A stretch of DNA of 64,000 nucleotides from Candidatus Hebobacterum abditum (lineage in GTDB: Bacteria > Armatimonadota > Hebobacteria > Hebobacterales > Hebobacteraceae): assembly GCA_029821875.1 (NCBI GenBank), contig JALGXW010000001.1, positions 161,987 through 225,986 of the forward strand, read 5' to 3'. The notes below the pieces were generated by a model. The model made no database searches, was not told the origin of the DNA, and was given only the letters and a program-made list of their open reading frames with translations. The translations under genes and the position numbers were made by a program. Below are positions 10,942-20,393 of this stretch, piece by piece. The number at the start of each line of letters is the position of its first letter. Within the stretch, counting starts at the first letter, position 1.

Positions 10942-12792
10942 ATGGCCGACTTCACTATTACGTTTCTGCCGAGTCGTGAGTCCGTTTCGGCTGCCGCTGA
11001 CACAACGCTGCTAGACGCGGCCGCCGCCGCAGGGCTGCCGCTCGAGGCCCCCTGCGGCGGGCAGGGCCGATGCGGCAAGTGCCTTGTGAAAGCCGCGGCC
11101 GGGCTCTCTGAGCCGACGGATATTGAGAGACGCGTCCTGTCTCCATCGCAGGTGGGGGAGGGTTGGCGCCTCGCCTGTCAGGCGCGCGTGACCGGCGAGG
11201 CCGAAGTGCTCGTTCCGTACTCCTCCCGGGCCTTCAAGCCTACCGTCCTTATCGAGGGGGCAGCGCGTGAGATCGAAGTGGAGCCTAATGTCCGCAAGCA
11301 GAGCTTCCGTCTGCCCCGCCCCTCTAAGGACGATGCGCGCGCTGACCTGACTCGGGTCATGGACGCGATCGGCGAGGGCCCCCTTCCGCCAGCGCGTCTT
11401 GCTCCCGTTCGGGATCTTCCTCGCCTGCTTCGGAGCAACGCTTATCATGTCACAGCGGTCGTTGCCGGCGGCAGGCTCGTGACGGTGGAACCGGGCGACA
11501 CGTGTGATGAGGCGTACGGCCTTGCTGTGGACGTGGGCACCACAACGGTCGTCGCCTACCTCTGTCATCTTCCCAGCGGAGAACTCGCGGCCGTCGCCTC
11601 GGATCTGAACTCGCAGGCGCAGTACGGTGATGATGTGATCTCCCGGATACACGCGGCCACGAGCAGCGAGGAAGATCTGCTCGGCCTGTCGAGCGCTGTC
11701 GTCACCGTCCTCAACGACCTCGTCGAGCGGGCCACCCATAAGGCGGGCATCCCCGCGACCGCGATCTACGAGATTGCCGTCGTGGGCAACACGTGCATGA
11801 CTCATCTGTTCCTTGGGGTGCCGCCTGCTGGGCTCGGCCGCGTGCCGTTCGTCCCGAGCTTCCGCGCGGGGCAGACCGTCCGCGCGGCTGACCTGGGAAT
11901 CAGCGTGAACCCGGCGGCCAGCGTGTACGTCACTCCGTGCATCGGCGGGTTCGTGGGAGCGGACAGCGTTGGAGTCATCCTCGCTAGCGAGCTGTACCGC
12001 TCCGGCGGGCCGCGGGCGGCCGTGGACATCGGGACCAACGGCGAGATCATCCTGGCGTCGGGTGGCGAGATCTATGCGTGCTCGACCGCGGCCGGCCCTG
12101 CCTTCGAGGGGGCGACGATCAGCGCAGGGATGCGCGCCTCCGTTGGCGCTATAGACGCGGTGCACATCGAGGATGACGTAAGATACCGTGTGATAGGGGA
12201 CGCGCGCCCGCGCGGGATCTGCGGCTCCGCCCTCGTGGACGCCATCGCCGAGTTGGTGCGGGTGGGGGTCATCGCCGACTCCGGCAGGATGGTGGGACCG
12301 CAGGAGGCTGATTCGCTGCCGGAGAAGGTGGGGAGGCGCCTGGTCGAGAATGAGAACGGGACCGAGTTCGTCCTGGCCACGGCGGACGAGGGCTATGGCG
12401 GCGAAGCGATCACGCTGACGGCCCGCGACGTGAGAGAGGCGCAGCTGGCCAAGGCCGCCATCTACGGCGGCATCGAGTTGATGCTCGAGCAGGTCGGAGC
12501 TGCGCCGGATGATCTCGACGAGTTGCTGCTGGCCGGAGCGTTCGGCAACTACATACGGCGTGAGAGTGCGCTCGCCATTGGGCTCATCCCGTCTGTGCCG
12601 ATGGAGCGAATCAGATCGATCGGCAACGCGGCCGGCGTCGGGGCCCGCCTCCTGCTCTGCTCGGTGAGCGAGAGGGTGAGAGCGGAGGAGTTGGCGCGCC
12701 GAGTGAAGCATGTCGAGCTGGCGGAGCGCGAGGGCTTTTACGATCGCTTCGCGGATGCTATGATGCTTCGGCCTCTGCCGGCAGAGGGGTAG
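10942..12792 (+). CDS. RACo-like corrinoid reductive activase: N-terminal plant-type [2Fe-2S] ferredoxin fused to an ASKHA/DUF4445 ATPase domain
   Basis: 616 aa; PCGGQGRCGKCLV...ACQARV 2Fe-2S motif, then an ASKHA-fold region (GLAVDVGTTTVV, DIGTNGEI). Architecture matches reductive activators of corrinoid proteins. Confidence 0.75.
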   Translation: MADFTITFLPSRESVSAAADTTLLDAAAAAGLPLEAPCGGQGRCGKCLVKAAAGLSEPTDIERRVLSPSQVGEGWRLACQARVTGEAEVLVPYSSRAFKPTVLIEGAAREIEVEPNVRKQSFRLPRPSKDDARADLTRVMDAIGEGPLPPARLAPVRDLPRLLRSNAYHVTAVVAGGRLVTVEPGDTCDEAYGLAVDVGTTTVVAYLCHLPSGELAAVASDLNSQAQYGDDVISRIHAATSSEEDLLGLSSAVVTVLNDLVERATHKAGIPATAIYEIAVVGNTCMTHLFLGVPPAGLGRVPFVPSFRAGQTVRAADLGISVNPAASVYVTPCIGGFVGADSVGVILASELYRSGGPRAAVDIGTNGEIILASGGEIYACSTAAGPAFEGATISAGMRASVGAIDAVHIEDDVRYRVIGDARPRGICGSALVDAIAELVRVGVIADSGRMVGPQEADSLPEKVGRRLVENENGTEFVLATADEGYGGEAITLTARDVREAQLAKAAIYGGIELMLEQVGAAPDDLDELLLAGAFGNYIRRESALAIGLIPSVPMERIRSIGNAAGVGARLLLCSVSERVRAEELARRVKHVELAEREGFYDRFADAMMLRPLPAEG

Positions 12793-12858
12793 CCTGCGCG
12801 GCCGCGAGGTCGGCCTGGCAATATGAGGAGATGACTCTCGACCAAGGAGGAGCGGTTC

Positions 12859-13482
12859 ATGGCGGTGCTTGAGGATCTGAAGCAGGCCATCATCTCGGGG
12901 AACCGGGACAAGGCAAAAGAGTTGACGCAGAAGGCGCTGGACGAAGGCGTCGAAGCGCGGACGATCGTCGTCGATGGAATCGCCGCCGCGATGGAGGTGG
13001 TTGGGGAGAAGTTCAGAGCGAATGAATTCTTCGTGCCCGAGTTGCTCATAGCTCAGCGGGCAATGAAGGAAAGCCTCTCGATGATGTCGGGCGCGGAGGT
13101 CGATTACGTCGGGACGGTGGTGATCGGCACGGTCAAGGGCGACCTCCACGACATCGGCAAGAACCTCGTCGCCGCCATGCTGGAAGGCGCAGGATTCAAG
13201 GTTGTCGACCTCGGCGTCGATGTGTCGCCGGCGCAGTTCGTGGAGGCGGGGAAGGAGAACTCGGCCAACCTGGTCGCGATGTCGGCGTTGCTTACAACGA
13301 CGATGGGCTCGATGCGCGATACTGTGGCGGAGTTGGAGAAGGCCGGTCTGCGTGATGCGGTCAAAGTGATGATCGGCGGCGCGCCGGTGACGCAGAGCTA
13401 CGCCGACGAGATCAAGGCCGACGGCTACGCGCCCGACGCGGCGAGCGCAGTCGAGCAGGCCAAGCAGCTCCTTCCGGTCTAG
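12859..13482 (+). CDS. cobalamin-binding corrinoid protein (MtaC/MtbC/MetH B12-domain type)
   Basis: 207 aa; N-terminal B12-binding cap helix bundle followed by a Rossmann domain with the GDLHDIGKNLV DxHxxG motif. AAGGAGGAG RBS upstream. Confidence 0.8.
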   Translation: MAVLEDLKQAIISGNRDKAKELTQKALDEGVEARTIVVDGIAAAMEVVGEKFRANEFFVPELLIAQRAMKESLSMMSGAEVDYVGTVVIGTVKGDLHDIGKNLVAAMLEGAGFKVVDLGVDVSPAQFVEAGKENSANLVAMSALLTTTMGSMRDTVAELEKAGLRDAVKVMIGGAPVTQSYADEIKADGYAPDAASAVEQAKQLLPV

Positions 13483-13592
13483 GCGTAGCCGGCCTCACCA
13501 GCACACAGGCGTTGCGGGAGGGCGAATGCGGCGCAGGCGCCAGCGCACGTGGGGCGACCTGCGCCCGCTTGCCATCATGGACGGGAGCGTGA

Positions 13593-14240
13593 ATGGCTGG
13601 CAGCTCTCCAGGAGCGCGACCCCAGATGACCGCGTACGAGTATCGCCCGCCCCAGAGGAAGAAGAGGTCGCTGCTGCGCACGCGGGTCACACCGCTGACG
13701 GCCGTTCTGGTCCTGGGATCGATCGCCGTGCTCCGTATCTGGGTCGTGGAGACGGCGTACGTAGAGGGGAGTTCCATGGCGGACACGCTCCAATCCGGCG
13801 ACCGAGTGCTCACCCTCAAGCCACTGGGGCCGGAGCGCTTCGACATCATCGTCTTCGGCGAGCCCGGGGGCGATGGCATTGACATCAAGCGGATTGTGGG
13901 AATGCCGGGTGATGTTGTCTCCATGGTGCCGCATGTCACGGTCGTGCGTGGGAGAGAAGTAGTCCTGGGCAGCGATCTCTACGTCAACTCGCAACGCTAC
14001 GACGAGCCGTACACCGCTCCCGTGATGCCGACCTCGCTGGGTCCGATCAAGGTCCCCAGGGACAGCTACTTCGTGTTGGGTGATCACCGCGACGCCAGTG
14101 TCGACAGCAGGCGCTACGGCGCGGTCAAGGCCGATCTCGTTCGAGGCGTGGCGGTGGCGGTGGTATATCCTCCTGCCAGCATCCGTCTGCTGGGCCGGGA
14201 TGAACAGCCCACCGCGATCGCCGCGGATACTACACGCTGA
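13593..14240 (+). CDS. lepB: signal peptidase I
   Basis: TM helix then GSSMADTL (catalytic Ser box), and GDHRDASVDSRRYG (box D/E). ATG 13626 is an alternative start. Confidence 0.8.
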   Translation: MAGSSPGARPQMTAYEYRPPQRKKRSLLRTRVTPLTAVLVLGSIAVLRIWVVETAYVEGSSMADTLQSGDRVLTLKPLGPERFDIIVFGEPGGDGIDIKRIVGMPGDVVSMVPHVTVVRGREVVLGSDLYVNSQRYDEPYTAPVMPTSLGPIKVPRDSYFVLGDHRDASVDSRRYGAVKADLVRGVAVAVVYPPASIRLLGRDEQPTAIAADTTR

Positions 14241-14254
14241 AAGGAGTCGCTCTC

Positions 14255-14644
14255 TTGCGTCCCTTCATGGTTGCCCTCTTCCTTCTCATCGCGATAACGC
14301 TTGGCGCCTTCGGGCAGATCTCGCTGAAGCACGGGATGAAGCAGTTCGGCCCTCTCGGACAGCCGGGCGCCGGACTTGTGTCCAACTTGCTGCGGGCCGT
14401 CTTCACGCCGTACGTGCTCCTCGGCCTGAGCTTGTACGCCATCAGCTCTGGCTTCTGGCTCGTCGTGCTGAGCAGCTGGCAGCTGAGCTACGCCTATCCG
14501 ATGATCGCGACCAACTACCTGCTGGTGGTATTGCTGTCCCGCGTGTTCTTCAAGGAACAGGTTATGCCCCTCCAGTGGGCTGGGATTCTCCTCATGGTCA
14601 CCGGACTGGTGCTGGTGGCCAGCTATGGCGTCTCCAAGGGATAG
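14255..14644 (+). CDS. small 4-TM EamA/SMR-like (ArnE/ArnF-type, DMT superfamily) membrane protein; candidate polyprenyl-phosphate-sugar flippase subunit
   Basis: 129 aa, four hydrophobic helices, EamA-like WLVVLSSWQLSYAYPM. GAAAGGAG RBS 8 nt before the TTG start. Its TAG stop at 14642-14644 is the only stop separating it from the in-frame YfhO ORF downstream. Confidence 0.6.
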   Translation: MRPFMVALFLLIAITLGAFGQISLKHGMKQFGPLGQPGAGLVSNLLRAVFTPYVLLGLSLYAISSGFWLVVLSSWQLSYAYPMIATNYLLVVLLSRVFFKEQVMPLQWAGILLMVTGLVLVASYGVSKG

Positions 14645-14779
14645 AGGCCGCTGGAACACGAATCAGCTAGAAGCAGGCGGATCTTCGTCCTCCTCGCTCT
14701 GCTCGCCGTTCCGACGCTGCTGGTTGGCCCGGCGCTGCTGCCCGGCCGCGCGCTGCTTCCCGCAGACTTCCTCGTCCAG

Positions 14780-17032
14780 ATGGAGCCCTGGCGCTCGCAA
14801 GTCGACGCGATCCCGCGCGCCTACTGGGACCCTCTGGTGTGGGACGGGATTGCGCAGTACTATCCCTGGCGTGTGTTCGCGGCTCGGGCGCTGGGCGCCG
14901 GCGTCTTGCCTCTGTGGAACCCGCACCAATTCTGCGGCACGCCCTTCGTCGCGAACGGCCAGTCGGCGGTGTTCTATCCGCTGAATATCATCTTCTGGAT
15001 CCTTCCCGTCGCAAGCGCCTTCGGGTGGTCGGCCTGGCTGCACCTGGGGCTGACCGGATGGTTCCTCTACTTGTTCCTTCGCCGGCTCGGCGTTGGACGG
15101 TTTGGGACAACTGCGGGGGCCGTCGTGTGGCAGGGCAACGCCTTCTTCGTTGCCTGGATGCATCTGCCTACCGTCCTCGCCACGGCCTCCTGGTTGCCGC
15201 TGGTATTGCTGCTGGCAGGACGAGCCGTCGCCTCGGGCTGGGCGCGGTCGGCAGTGGCCGCGGGCGTGGCCCTCGGCGTCTCCTACCTGGGGGGCCATCC
15301 TCAGGTATTCCTTTTCGTGTGCCTCATGACGGCGGCCTATCTCATCGCTCGCGCGTGGAGTCGGGGCCTGAATCTGGCGCTCCCTGAACGGCTGGGGAGA
15401 CTCGCCTCCATGGGCCTTGTCATCGGCCTGACGGGTGCGGGGCTCTCGGCCCTGCAGACTCTCCCCACCTGGGAGTTGCTCGGGATCGCGCATCGCTCCG
15501 GGGCCCCTGGGCCCGAGGGCTACCGCTACTTCCTCTCTCATGCCATGCCTGGGGCGCAGTTGGCCGGCTTGATCGTCCCCCATGCTTTCGGACATCCTGG
15601 GCTCGGGAGCTATGTGGGTCGAGACAACTATGCCGAGTTCGCAGCCTATGTCGGCGCGGCCGCCGTTGTGCTCGCCATGTGGGGCGCGGTCGGCTCTCGC
15701 ACCTGGTACGCGCGGTACTTCGCGGCGGCCCTGCTCGTGTCGCTCCTTCTGGTGCTGGGCACGCCGCTGAATTGGCCGCTGTATCACTGGGTTCCAGGCA
15801 TCGCCCGCTCGGGCGGCCCGGGACGCCTGGTGCTCCTCGCCGTGTTCGCGATGAGTGTGCTCGCCGCTGTCGGCGCCGATGAGCTCGCGCGCAGGAGCGC
15901 CCAGCGAAGGCTTGGCGCGCTTGGCGGGTTCAGTGTCGCAGTTCTCTTGCTGGGTGCCGGCTACTGGGCCTACCTGCTGCGCGTGAAGCCGGGGGTCATA
16001 GCGCTGCAGCCGGGGGGCGGAACTCGAGCGACGTGGGAGGGCATTCAGGTTGGACTGGTGATCATACTTGCCGTCTCCTGCGTGGTGATGCTCTCGCGAC
16101 CCAGGATGCGGCACATCGGACAGGTGGCCTTGATCATGCTGCTCGCCGCGGATCTGGTGCTGGCCGCGCGCGGCCATCTGCACATCTCGCGACAGCAGTG
16201 GGTCTACAGCGCGCTGCCATTCGAGAGGAGCAAGGAGAGACGCGTCCTCGGCAACGCAAGAGACTGGCCGATCAATCGGTTCCCGATTGCCGCGCTGCCG
16301 CCCAACTCGGCGACTGTCTACCAACTTCGCGATGCCTTCGGATATGACTCGTTGTACTTGGCGCGCTTCCGTGACTTCGCGGCCGCGGTTCAGCATGGGG
16401 ATCCCAGCCCGCCTTTGAATGGGAACATGCTGCTGCCGAGGCTGAGCCAGACATATGGGCTCGACATGATGAGCCTGGCCGCCGTCGAGACAGTGGTCTC
16501 TCCGATCCCTGTGCGCGGGTTGAGGATGGAGCGAGCGGGAGCATACTACGTCTACTCGAACCCGTACGCGTGGCCGCGCGCGTGGGTCGCGGAATCGGCG
16601 GTGCACGTTGCCAGCCACACCGATGCAGTGGCGACACTTGTGCGGCTCGGTCCCAGCCAGGATTGCGTGATAGTCACCGGCATGGAGGAGCTGGCGGGGG
16701 AGGTGGCGGGAGAGGAGCGTCCCAGCGCGCGCGTTCGAGACACGACGCCCAACGAGGTCGCGGTGGAACTCTCCCGGCCTGGCGGCGGCTATCTCTTCCT
16801 TGCGGATGCGTTCGCGCCGGGCTGGCGCGCATACGCCGGCGCGCGGCAGCTTGCCATCCGGCCGGCATACGTGGGATTCCGGACGGTGTCACTGCCTGTG
16901 GACGCAGAGTCGGTCGTTTTCCGCTACGAGCCGGGGAGCTTCCGGGTGGGCCTCTTCGTGTCGCTGCTCACGGCGATGGCGATAGCAGCCGCCTGCGCAC
17001 AGCAGCCGGTCTGGCGACGGGAACAGCGATGA
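14780..17032 (+). CDS. YfhO-family GT-C fold membrane glycosyltransferase, paralogue 1
   Basis: PLWNPHQFCGTPFVANGQSAVFYPLN, typical of the YfhO N-terminal loop; many TM helices; C-terminal extracytoplasmic domain ending in a final TM. Start coordinate is the first canonical start in the track, but the expected first TM helix is encoded in frame upstream without an ATG/GTG/TTG. Confidence 0.75.
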   Translation: MEPWRSQVDAIPRAYWDPLVWDGIAQYYPWRVFAARALGAGVLPLWNPHQFCGTPFVANGQSAVFYPLNIIFWILPVASAFGWSAWLHLGLTGWFLYLFLRRLGVGRFGTTAGAVVWQGNAFFVAWMHLPTVLATASWLPLVLLLAGRAVASGWARSAVAAGVALGVSYLGGHPQVFLFVCLMTAAYLIARAWSRGLNLALPERLGRLASMGLVIGLTGAGLSALQTLPTWELLGIAHRSGAPGPEGYRYFLSHAMPGAQLAGLIVPHAFGHPGLGSYVGRDNYAEFAAYVGAAAVVLAMWGAVGSRTWYARYFAAALLVSLLLVLGTPLNWPLYHWVPGIARSGGPGRLVLLAVFAMSVLAAVGADELARRSAQRRLGALGGFSVAVLLLGAGYWAYLLRVKPGVIALQPGGGTRATWEGIQVGLVIILAVSCVVMLSRPRMRHIGQVALIMLLAADLVLAARGHLHISRQQWVYSALPFERSKERRVLGNARDWPINRFPIAALPPNSATVYQLRDAFGYDSLYLARFRDFAAAVQHGDPSPPLNGNMLLPRLSQTYGLDMMSLAAVETVVSPIPVRGLRMERAGAYYVYSNPYAWPRAWVAESAVHVASHTDAVATLVRLGPSQDCVIVTGMEELAGEVAGEERPSARVRDTTPNEVAVELSRPGGGYLFLADAFAPGWRAYAGARQLAIRPAYVGFRTVSLPVDAESVVFRYEPGSFRVGLFVSLLTAMAIAAACAQQPVWRREQR

Positions 17033-18723
17033 GTGATCCTGGGCAGGGGGAGGGCTCGCGGGGCAGATGGCTCATCGCGGCCCCGGTCCTGCTGTTTGTC
17101 GGCGCCCTCGCCGTGCGCGTTGTCGGGCTCGGCTGGGGCCTGCCCAACGAGGATCACTACTTCTCCTATCACCCCGACGAGGTCTTCCTGCTGCTGCCGT
17201 CCTTCCGCTTTGCCGTCGGCGAGTTCAACCCAGGGTTCTTCAACTACGGGAGCCTCTACCTATACCTCGTCGGCCTGCCGGCCGTGGCGCTGGGCCTTGT
17301 CCCTGACTTCGCTGACTTCCCTCGGGGGGTGCGAGCGCTGTACCTGGAGGCGAGACTCATCACCGCCCTCCTCGGCGCGGCCACGGTGCCTCTGCTCTAC
17401 CTTGCTTTGCGACGCGAGCACAGCTCGATGGCACTGCTGTCCTCCGGGCTGCTTGCCGTCTGTCCGCTGCACGTGGTGAACAGCCATTACGCGACGGTCG
17501 ACGTGCCGGCGACCTTCTTCCTGGCTGTCGCCTTCCTCCTGGCGCTTCGCGGCGCGAGGCAGCCAAACGCGGTTAGTGGGATGCTCGCCGGCCTTGCCGT
17601 TGGCTTGGCTGCCGCCACGAAGTACAACTCAGTCCTGTTCCTCCTGCCGGTGTTGTGTGCTCCACTCCTTGTGAGGCGCGAGAGTGGCTCTCTTGCGGCC
17701 TGGTTCGTGGGCGTCCCCGCGGGGGCAGCACTCGGCTTCCTGATCGGCAACCCCTATGTCTGGACGGAGGAGTTTGCCAAGGGCATCCGTTTTGAGCTTG
17801 ACCACGCGCGCAGGGGCGGCACACTGGCCTTCGAGGGAACCGGCTCTGGCTGGGCCTACCACCTGACTCGCGGTCTCCCCGTCGCGCTCGGCTATCCGCT
17901 GCTCCTTGCAGCCGGCGTTGGCGCCATCGCCGCCATTGTCAGGGGCTCTCCTGCCACCCGTCTGTGCCTCCTGTGGGTCGCCATCTACCTATTTGCCATC
18001 GGCTTCGGCAGAGAGCGATTCATCCGGTACCTGGTCCCTCTCACGCCGTTCCTCTGCCTTCTCGCCGCCTGGGGCGTGTGTTCCCTCGTTGCCGCGAAGC
18101 GCGCCCGGGGGCAGGTGAGCGCCAGCGCTGCAGCCATCGTCCTCGCGCTGCTTTGTGCGCTCTACTCCTTCGGTCAGATCTCCGCGTTCGTCCGGCTCGA
18201 CCCGCGCGATATGGCTTGGCGGAGCGGGCAGACCATACTCGCTTCCCGAGCTGCGGCTGGAGACACGCTCCCCGAGTTTGCTGTTCGGCAGACAGCCTTG
18301 GCTCCCATCCCTGTTGACCTCGGCCGACGTCGGGCGAGGATCGGCCTTGCAGGTGTGCCCTGGCACTACCATCCTCCCGTTTCCCCCTACAACGCTGGCC
18401 AGTTCTCGGTCGCCTGGTTCGAGCGATGGAATAACGCCACAGGTAGCCGGATCGCGATCACGGGGTGGGACGCCGAGCGGCTGCGCGCGGCTCCTCCGGT
18501 GCTCTTCTTCATCTCCGACCTGGAGAGCGCGGATCTCAGGCGCCTCGGCCGCGTGGAAGTCGTCAACTTTCTGTCCGCGCTTGACGAGACATACGGTGCA
18601 CGCGCCGTGTATGGTGCCAGGACCCTTCCTTTCTCCTGGCTTGGGCCGCCTCGACGTCGGCAGCCCCCAGACTGGCTCTATCCCGCGCCGGAGATCACCA
18701 TGTACTACGGTGCCACTCCGTGA
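17029..18723 (+). CDS. polytopic membrane glycosyltransferase, GT-C fold (ArnT/PMT-like, GT39/GT83-type)
   Basis: Start ATG 17029 overlaps the previous stop (ATGA). N-terminal TM followed by a NEDHYFSYHPDE acidic loop motif and more than 10 predicted TM helices. Confidence 0.6.
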   Translation: MSDPGQGEGSRGRWLIAAPVLLFVGALAVRVVGLGWGLPNEDHYFSYHPDEVFLLLPSFRFAVGEFNPGFFNYGSLYLYLVGLPAVALGLVPDFADFPRGVRALYLEARLITALLGAATVPLLYLALRREHSSMALLSSGLLAVCPLHVVNSHYATVDVPATFFLAVAFLLALRGARQPNAVSGMLAGLAVGLAAATKYNSVLFLLPVLCAPLLVRRESGSLAAWFVGVPAGAALGFLIGNPYVWTEEFAKGIRFELDHARRGGTLAFEGTGSGWAYHLTRGLPVALGYPLLLAAGVGAIAAIVRGSPATRLCLLWVAIYLFAIGFGRERFIRYLVPLTPFLCLLAAWGVCSLVAAKRARGQVSASAAAIVLALLCALYSFGQISAFVRLDPRDMAWRSGQTILASRAAAGDTLPEFAVRQTALAPIPVDLGRRRARIGLAGVPWHYHPPVSPYNAGQFSVAWFERWNNATGSRIAITGWDAERLRAAPPVLFFISDLESADLRRLGRVEVVNFLSALDETYGARAVYGARTLPFSWLGPPRRRQPPDWLYPAPEITMYYGATP

Positions 18724-20390
18724 CTGACTCACCTCCGATACGGAGACCCCCCGGCACGACTGCCTCCGAGCTCCGCTGGGCGGGCGGTTTCGCCGCAGTG
18801 GCCGTGCTGCTACTCAGCATCCCGTATCTCTACGGTCTGTCGATCCGGCCCGAAGGCGCCTACTACTCGGGCCTTCTCACCAATCCAGACGAACACAACG
18901 TCTACCTCGCCTACGTGAAGCAGGTCCAGCAAGGCCGCCTCTTCCTGATCGATCCGTTCACTTCGGAGCCGCAGGCGGGGCGCGTCCTCAACGTCTTCTT
19001 CCTTGGCCTCGGTCTATTCGCGCGACTAACGAGGCTCCAGCTGCCTGTCGTTTACCACATGGCGCGGCTCGCCTCTGGGTGGCTGCTGCTGATGGCCATC
19101 TACTGCCTCGGAGCCCAGGCGATAGCCGATGTCCGCGCCCGTCGCCTGGCGCTCGTCCTTGCTGCCTTCGCCTCGGGTCTGGGGTGGGCCTGGCGAGCAC
19201 AGCCAGGGCAGCCACATCCGATAGACTACGGGCCAGGACTCATCATGCCCGAGGCGGTCACGTTTCTCAGCTTGCTGCTCAATCCGCTCTTTTGCTTCTC
19301 GATGTTCCTCATGGTCGCCATCGTGGGCTTTGGCGCGCATGCCTTCTGTTCGGGTTCGCTGCGATCCGCCGTCATCGCTGGGTTAGCAGGTCTCGTCCTC
19401 GGGAACATCCATACCTATGACATAATCCCCGTTGGCGCGACGCTGGCGGTGTTTCTGCCCTACCTGTGGATACGGCGTTCGGCAGGTGTTCGGGCGCTCG
19501 GCCTGGCGGCTCTCTCCGCGGGGATCGCACTCCCATCGGTCGCGTATCAGCTATGGCTCCTACGAAGCGGCGAGGTAACGCTGGCCATCAAGGCCGCTGA
19601 TACCCCAGTCTCCTCTCCGGCCCCGCTCATGCTGGCGATGGGAATCGGCCTGCCGCTTGCCTTCGCAGTGGTTGGGGCTGCCCGCGCAGCATGGCGTGGG
19701 GCGCCGCCCGGCGCGGTGCTGCTGGCAGTCTGGCTTGTGATCGGGCTTGCCGCGCCCTATCTGCCGGACGTCCCCTTCCAGCGCAAACTCGCCCAGGGCG
19801 TCCAGATTCCTGCGATCCTGCTCATGGCGTTCGCCATGCAGCCTCTGCTCGCCCGGGCTAAAGGCTGTGCCGCAGGGATGCTCGCCGCCCTCATCGTGCT
19901 CCTCACACTGCCGTCGAGCGTCCTCTTCGTGGCACGCACTGTGAGGGACTTGCAGACGAACAACAAAGCATACCTGCCCAACCTCATGCCCCCACTCTAT
20001 CTCCGAGCGGACCAGCACGCCGCCTTGAAGTGGTTAGATCAGCGCGCCGACTACGGCGATGTTCTGCTGTGCAGTTCGTTCATGGGAAGCTATGCTCCAT
20101 CCTTGGCAGGAACGCGGGTCTATCTCGGACACTGGGCGGAGACCTTGCACTTCCCACAGAAGCTCAGAGTCTACGCGGCCTTCCTCAACGCGAGGGCAGA
20201 CGACTCATCCAGGGAGGCCTTTGTCCGCCAAGCCGAAATCACGTACGTTCTGCGTGACCGGAGCATCTACGATGATGCGTACAACCTGTCCCCCGAGGGA
20301 GAGGTGCTCCCGTCCTTCGACGCCGAGAGCGCGGCCTGGTTGGTTCCGGTCTACGCGAACGACAGCGTTTCCCTGTATCGTGTAGACTAG
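18720..20390 (+). CDS. polytopic membrane protein, putative GT-C fold glycosyltransferase
   Basis: GTG start overlapping the previous stop (GTGA). TM1, then an NPDEH loop motif, about 11 TM helices and a C-terminal soluble domain. Family not recognised. Confidence 0.45.
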   Translation: MTDSPPIRRPPGTTASELRWAGGFAAVAVLLLSIPYLYGLSIRPEGAYYSGLLTNPDEHNVYLAYVKQVQQGRLFLIDPFTSEPQAGRVLNVFFLGLGLFARLTRLQLPVVYHMARLASGWLLLMAIYCLGAQAIADVRARRLALVLAAFASGLGWAWRAQPGQPHPIDYGPGLIMPEAVTFLSLLLNPLFCFSMFLMVAIVGFGAHAFCSGSLRSAVIAGLAGLVLGNIHTYDIIPVGATLAVFLPYLWIRRSAGVRALGLAALSAGIALPSVAYQLWLLRSGEVTLAIKAADTPVSSPAPLMLAMGIGLPLAFAVVGAARAAWRGAPPGAVLLAVWLVIGLAAPYLPDVPFQRKLAQGVQIPAILLMAFAMQPLLARAKGCAAGMLAALIVLLTLPSSVLFVARTVRDLQTNNKAYLPNLMPPLYLRADQHAALKWLDQRADYGDVLLCSSFMGSYAPSLAGTRVYLGHWAETLHFPQKLRVYAAFLNARADDSSREAFVRQAEITYVLRDRSIYDDAYNLSPEGEVLPSFDAESAAWLVPVYANDSVSLYRVD

Positions 20391-20393
20391 ACC

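Noticed and set aside
14642-14644. Amber (TAG) codon between the EamA-like and YfhO ORFs, next to a corrinoid/RACo pair, as a possible pyrrolysine site
   Set aside because: No pylBCD/pylS/MttB-type genes in the window, and the TAG lies between two separately recognisable protein families. Non-canonical initiation or an annotation artefact is more parsimonious.
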